DNA of 64,000 bases from Squalus acanthias. Its lineage: Eukaryota. The position numbers and the translations under genes are program-made. A model generated the notes under the pieces. The model was not told the DNA's origin, ran no database searches, and saw only the letters and a program-made list of their open reading frames with translations. Location of the stretch: positions 121,584,001 through 121,648,000 of the forward strand of contig CM059432.1 in the NCBI GenBank assembly GCA_030390025.1, in the 5' to 3' direction. Shown one piece after another: positions 57,383 to 64,000 of this stretch (position 1 is the stretch's first letter; each line of letters opens with the position of its first letter).

Positions 57383-60300
57383 AAGCAGAACCCGACATGG
57401 AGACAGCAATGTCCTCCTTGGTGCAGCAGGGCGTGTTGAGGCCGATAGCCACACACGTGAACTCCCCATTATGGCCGGTTAGGAAGCCGGATAATTCGTG
57501 GAGAGCCACGGTGGACTACAGAGTCCTTAACAGTAACATTCCCGCCTGCGCGCCCACGGTAGCAGCAGTTGCTGACCTAATAGGGAGTATCCCAGCGTCC
57601 GCGACCACGTTCACGGTGCTGGATATCTCGAACGGTTTTTGGTCCATCCCGCTGCGGCGAGAGGACCAGTACAAGTTTGCCTTTACTTTCAAAGGACAAC
57701 AGTACACATGGAACTGTCTGCCACAGGGTTTCCACAACAGCCCCAGTATTTTCCATCAGTGTATGGCAGGAAGTTTAAAGGAGTTTAGTCAGCCCAATCA
57801 GATAGTGCAGTACGTGGATGATTTGCTCCTATTTACGGATTCAAGGGAGGAGCATGGACCACTGCTGGCCGAGTTATTGGAGCTGCTAGCGAGAAAGGGT
57901 TTTAAAGTGAACCCTAAGAAAGCACGTATCGGTCAGCAGGAAGTAAAGTTCCTGGGGCTGACCATTCGCGCTGCAGAAAGAGCCATAGATAAGGCTAGGA
58001 GGGAGTCGGTGCAAGAGTTACCGATTCCCAACACCATAAGGGGTGTGAGGTCTTTTTTGGGACTGACCGGTTACTGCAGAGATTTTATCGAAGACTATGC
58101 GGCCACAGCGGCGCCGCTGCTCCGACTCCTCCATAAGGGAGTGGAGTGGTCTTGGGACGAGGGCTGCCAAACAGCCTTCGAGAAGTTAAAAAGGGATCTG
58201 CAGACCGCGCCAGCTTTAGGGTCCATAGATGGGGGGAAGGAGTTTTTCCTGGAGGTAGCTGCCAGCGGGGACAGCTTGAGCGCTGTGCTGCTCCAAGAGC
58301 GTCACGGCAAGCTGAGGCCGGTAGTCTATTCGGCCAGGGTGTTAACGGATGTGGAGAGAAGTTTCTCCAATTGCGAGAGGCACCTTTTAGCCACGCATTG
58401 GGCTGTGAAAAGATCAGCGATCTTCACAGGGCTCTCTCCCATCACTCTCCTCACCCATCACACACCAACTAAGATGCTGCTAGATGAGAGGATTAAAGAT
58501 GGGACCGTAAGCAGCGTGCGTGTTGCGCGCTGGACCCTTCTACATTCCCAGATGGATCTTAGAGTTAAAGGTCTTTGCGAGCCCAGGCTTGCGGCCAATT
58601 TGGTATACCCCGGTACAGCCCACCGGTGTTCGGTGGAAGGGGTGTGGGAAGTCAACATAGGTCTGCGGGCCGGGATACATTCCACTGGGCGCGAGATTTA
58701 TGTTGATGGTTCCAGCACAGTATCTGCTGGCGAACGACTCACAGGGTGTGGAGTTTATGACCCTGCGGCAAACCTTGCCCTGGCGATCAAGCTACCCAGC
58801 ACCATGAGCGCGCAGCAGGCTGAGCTGTCTGCAGTGGTGTACGTCGTTACCCACCCAGAAATTTTCCCAACCCCATACACGATTTGCTCGGACAGTATGT
58901 TCACATGCAATTCATGTACGGAATACCTGGCCATTTGGTCCCGCCGTGGATACACCTCCGCGGACGGGCGACCTTTAACGGTGAAGCCCTTGCTGGAAAA
59001 GATCCTAGCAGCAGTAGGGGAGGAAGGGGAGATTTTCATCCATAAGGTGAAGGCTCACTCCTCCACAGAGCCCCGTGGGGAGCGCAACCAGCAGGCGGAT
59101 GCGCTAGCCATGGAAGGTGCCCGCAACGGCATTTTCTGGGACCCCTATGGGCCCAGACCCATGGCAGCGATCCAAGGCAGGGACGGGAATCCCGGGAACA
59201 CCAGGGTAGCATTGCCCCTAGACCTTAAGACCGTCCAGAACCAGGATCCCGCCCTAAAAGCAGTCCTCAAAACCCTTGCTGAGGGGAAGCAGGTAGAGGG
59301 TCCGTACAGTACGGCAACCCTCTCAGTTAAGGAAGGCATGCTGTTCCGCGAAGAGCAGTGAGTTGTGCCGCAGCAGCACAGGAGGGAATTCCTCCAGTTG
59401 GCTCACGAGGGTCCAGGGGCAGGGCACCCCGGGCCCGAGGTTACCTGGCAACGGGTAGAGCAAGCGGGATGGTGGCCGGGGCTCAGGGAACAGGTCCGCG
59501 AGTTCTGTGCAAGCTGTCTCGTGTGCGCTGCAAACAACCCAGACCCCCAGAAAAGGAAAGTGCCCATGGGGCACGTAAGAAGGGTAGAGGGACCATGGCA
59601 GTCGATACAGATCGACTATATAGGGCCCCTGCCCACCACCCAGGGAGGCTATAAATACTGTCTCGTCTTGGTGGATGTTTTTTCCAAATGGGTGGAAGCC
59701 TTCCCCTGTCGAACAGCTACGGCACTGGGTACGGCAAAAATCTTGGTCCGGGAGGTGTTCTCGCGGTGGGGACTTCCCCGTTTTGTGGAGTCATACCAAG
59801 GGAGTCATTTCACCGGCCAGGTGATGCAGAACACCCTCATGCTTTTGGGCATTGAAGGGAAATGGCACGTAGCGCACAATCCCCAGTCATCCGGGATTGT
59901 TGAACGCATGAACCGGACCCTGAAGGAGAAATTGAGGAAAGAGACTATGAACTCGCCCCAAAAATGGGCGGAGGTTCTGCCTTTAGTCCTCATGGGGGTC
60001 CGGGCCAGTCAGTCGAAAAGTACGGGGTATTCCCCGCACGAGGTGATGACTGGGAGGATCATGCGAACCCCCACTCATGTGCTAGCGCTGGTGCTCACTG
60101 AGGGTCAGCTCCAAGAGATAAGCAGGGACAGGTTCGTCCAGACCCTCTTGGAGCGCCTGAAGCAGGTTTATGAGCAGGCGGCTGGGAACATGGGAAGGCA
60201 GCATCAGGGCAATCGCCTGTTGCTGGAACCCCGCAAAACGCGGGAGTGGGAAGTAGGAGACCAGGTCATGGTCAGAAACTACGCCAGAGTAGGGAGTCTG

Positions 60301-61242
60301 GAACCACTGTATATGGGACCCTACAACATTGTAGATAAGGCGAGTCCCATGGTATACGCCGTAAAGGTACCTCGGCGCACTAAGTGGTTCCACGTAAACC
60401 AGTGCAAACTGTACAAGCCAGGTGCACAAGGGCCAACCACAGGGGCAAAACCTGCGAGTGGGGACTCGCAGCCCCAGGTAGGGCCACAGGGCACACAGGC
60501 AGGCAAAGCAGCTTGCATCAGGGAAGGGGACATCCTGGAAAATTGTGAGACATTTTTGTGGGGTTGGGAGTCAGATGAGGGAGAGTTCGAGGAGCTCGAC
60601 GAAGATGAGGATAGTGAAGGTAGTGACGAGGAAGAGCTGGAATCGGAGGACGAAAGGGTCGCCCCCGATTCAGGTATAGGGGGGACAGGGGCTGCAGATA
60701 GAGATCCACACAGGGTGGAAACCGAAGCTGCAGGTCCCGAACGCAGGGGGGAGGAGCCAGGGGAGGCGGAGCCAGCCACTGTGGGACCACAGGGCGTGAC
60801 GGTGGAAGCCTCAGAGCCCGAGCCACCTGCCTTGAACGTCCTGCCCTCGTGGGAGGTAGGGACTGCGAGTGAAGGGCCGCCTGCTGGGCTGAGTAGGGCG
60901 GTGCCACAAGCTGCAGGTCCCGAGTTCAGGGAGGCGGAGCCAGGGGAGGCGGAGCCAGCGACTGTGGAGGGACCACAGGTCGCCACGGTGGAAGTCTCGG
61001 AACCTGGTCCGTCGGTCCTGGGATTCCTGCCCCCGGTAACTCTCCGTAGGTCAGGTCGGATACCCCAGCCCAGGAAGATATGGTCAAGTCCCCAGACTGT
61101 CCCAAGGCGTAGGCTCAAGGTTAAGGCAGCCCAGGAAGAGCCCAGTCCCAGCGCAGCAGCAACAGGCTGCGGCAGATCAAAGGGAGGGGTCAATGCCCTC
61201 CCACCATCGGGAAGAGCTCGCGGCAGCCTTTTCAGAATTTAA
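57376..61242 (+). pseudogene. pol: Pol of provirus B (TGG>TGA at 59359-59361; integrase second Asp changed to Tyr)
   Basis: Same motifs as copy A. The 654-aa and 625-aa ORFs are in frame across one stop. Confidence 0.95.
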
Positions 61243-61573
61243 AGGGGCCGCCCTGGGAACGGGCGGCGCTGTACAGTAATAAGTTTAGGATAAGTTTCTA
61301 AGTTTATAGTTCAAGGTTAAGGTTAATAATAAGTTTGTAGTTTTAGATAAGGTTATGAGGTTATAGTTTTAAATCGGTTTAAGTCGGTAGTTATAATTTT
61401 GTTTAAGGAAGTAAAATGATGGGAGTTTTAGAGATAGGTTTAGTTAAAGTTTATCCAGCGAACATTGAAGTTTACGTGAGGCGAGGTCAGGCACCCGCTC
61501 ACCCTTCACAAAAGACAGAGACTCTTGCGAGGCTGGCTACCTCATTCTATCTGATCACAGGAACCAAGGAAGG

Positions 61574-63930
61574 ATGGAATGAATTCTAGTATTGCTCGCG
61601 GCAATCGGATGTGGATTGGCCTATCGAGGCCGCACCAAGGATGTCGTGGTGTTTGGATGCTCCGGGGACACGGCCCCCACCGCGGTGGATGGGACCGGAA
61701 GACGGGAGGCTGAGGAGACCACCACCTATTTCCACAAGGGAAGGTGGCCAGGATGGCTGGGAACGAACTCAACTGAGTATTCCAGCACATCGGGGTTTGC
61801 CTACCAAGAGACTTCTTTACTGTGCCCCAAAGTAAGGATCATCGCACCCAGGATCAGCGTCACCGTCGGCAAATGGATTTGTTTGACTTGTAGTGGGAAT
61901 GTCCCATTGAGCCGATGGTGGTGGCTGCGAAAGCTGAGCAAAACTATGAGGAACTCTTCGGTCGAGTGGGAACGACTGGGTAATAATACCCATCGGACAA
62001 TTACGGGGACAAACGGACAAGTGAGAGTCTGTTGGGACAAATGGTGGGAACCGGATGAGGGAATTTATGTATGTATGTGGGGGTCAAAGTACGTTTGCCC
62101 CAAAGGCATCTCCATATTTTTCATTAATCAATGGCAGGATAACAGACAGGGGATGAGGTGGGATGCGAGCACCAGGGGGTGCGGGGCCCCATTCTCCCCG
62201 ATCCCAGTAAATGCCACTGAACTCATTACGCGCCCACGCAAAGCCCCGCCCACGATTCCGGTGGTTCTAGCTAAGGAAGAAGGGTGCCCTAAAACCAGTA
62301 AGGGACCCGGGAATGGTTTGGTACTGGTCCCCACAGACCAGATACTATTTCAGGGGGTACATTACGCGGTGGCCTCGGTGATTTTAAATCTCACCGAGGT
62401 GCGGTTACCAGAGTGGTGCCCCAAAAAGACGGAACAGTTGTATCAGGTCCTGTTGACCAAGATGTTCAGACAATTTTACGAATTCGATTTCGCGGAAATT
62501 GATAAAACAAGTTTGTACACCGCACCACATGAAGTCTTTGATCAGGTGGGGAGGCAAAGAAGGGGTGTTGTGAACGACGCGTTCACTGCTTTCAACACAG
62601 GTACATCTGTGGTCAACGCTCTAGACAGCGTGGAGCTGCAGACCCAGATTAATGGCTTAAAAACACAATTAAAAGACATCCTCACAGATGAAAATAAGGT
62701 GGTTGGGTCTGGGTTACACGAGGACCAAGCCATGACTCTCCATTTAAAAGAAATAATAGCTGAACTAGAGAAACACGCGAGAACGGTAAATGCCCTGATT
62801 AGGGAAGATCGGAATGCATCCGATCAAGCTGCGCAGAACGAGGTGTGCGTGCTTTACGGGGCGTGGTTACTGGGCGAGGGCCGCAGTAATTTGCAGGATT
62901 TAAAACAAGGTTTGGTCCCGTCCTGGATAAGTAACAAACACCTGCGGGCGCTCCACCCTTTTCAGAACGCATTAAGCCCGTGCCAGCTCAGGCTAGCTTC
63001 AGAAGCATACCCAGTCCCCGTGGACTGCGGACGATCAAACCATACTATCATGGGTATAGTATTATGTATGCCGGTTTTGGGTGACACAGCAAAGCCCGCC
63101 CCGGTGTATCGGGTAGAGAACATTGGTGTCATTCAGGGGGGAGCCCACATTCGCTATGCAGCGGTTCCACCCTACGTCATCCGCTGGGAGCAAACGATGA
63201 CAGGTACAGATCTCTCTGGTTGTCGCGGCAGGGGAGCACACATAATACTGTGTCCCCAGCACTTGAATGCCTTTTTAACACCACAGTGCGGGTTCAGAAC
63301 GGCTGGCGCCAAGTCCATGAATTGCACCATGGAGGCAATGGCACAAGATCATGTGCCTCCGCAGGTAGCATACATCGGGGGTGGAACATATTGTGTTACC
63401 ACTGCAGCGCAACACTACCAACATGGAAACCGTAGCCGGTGTCCGGTGAGTGACAGCAGTTTCTGTTTCAAACCCAGGGCGGAAGTTCAAGCAGCACAAC
63501 AGCGAATTGTCCCAATCCCTGAACCATCCACGGTTCATCTCACCGTAAAAGAGAACTTCACCGACCTGCAGCGATTCGTCGCGCATTTCGGATACCTCAT
63601 TCCCCCTCTCCCTGAACACCTCACCAAGCTTTTAAAAGCCGTCACGGTGTCACAAAAACATTTTTACACACTAGAGCAGAAAACTGTCGAAATAGGGACA
63701 GACATTCTGGACATAGTAATTCCACCATGGTGGAATCTGTTCACCAACATTGAAGTGCCTTCCTGGATTAGAATAGCCACATTTTAGTTGTATGCCAAGT
63801 GTTCATTGTGGTATACTTATTGGTCGTACATTGTAAGAGAGGCAAACGCCTCACCAAGAACGAAAACACGGGAGAGTGGCAAGAACGTTACGTGCGCGTG
63901 CACGATGAAAAGCACTGTATAATCAGAAAA
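61574..63930 (+). pseudogene. env: Env of provirus B (stop at codon 3; 4-bp deletion just before the TM helix at ~63778)
   Basis: 731-aa open stretch with Ig-like motif, furin site RQRR (62552-62563), fusion peptide, heptads and Cys-rich region. The TM is in the shifted frame. Confidence 0.9.
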
Positions 63931-64000
63931 TGGTGTCACTCTCGTTTGCCACGTGCGCCTCGGAAGTGTTGTAATCGATCGTGATTTTTCAGAAACTGTA

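Larger units (their letters stand above)
53318..64000 (+). mobile_element. Provirus B: env-bearing lokiretrovirus-like ERV (runs off the window)
   Basis: LTR-PBS-gag-pro-pol-env order. Confidence 0.95.

Noticed and set aside
60321..61193. Antisense ORF (290 aa; 185 aa at 48400-48957) as an HBZ/ASP-like gene
   Set aside because: GC-rich low-complexity shadow of the integrase tail. Start and stop are not shared between the two copies.

Overview
Eukaryotic, almost entirely transposon-derived DNA. An HE1/V-type SINE, a Deu-type SINE and abundant CR1 LINEs point to a cartilaginous fish (shark or ray); this host call is an inference. No host gene could be identified with confidence. (1) 41.3-64 kb holds two copies of a retrovirus-like element. 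Provirus B (+ strand, from 53318) is inserted antisense into the gag of provirus A (- strand), and a solo LTR of the B type lies at 11378-13067. The element has ~1.6-kb LTRs, a tRNA-Arg-type PBS, gag-pro-pol with two RNase H folds, and an Env with an Ig-like domain in front of a long class I fusion subunit. This architecture resembles lokiretroviruses. Both diverged copies share an in-frame UGA-CUAG gag stop and a C_CCA_AAG -1 frame change between pro and RT, which suggests double translational recoding. (2) 1-6.6 kb holds a partly duplicated, env-less endogenous foamy-virus-like element. (3) There are many PIF/Harbinger DNA transposons, including one nearly intact two-gene copy, its MITE and several nested or inverted derivatives, plus CR1/L2 fragments and another solo LTR. 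Coordinates and homologies were read by eye; no searches were run.
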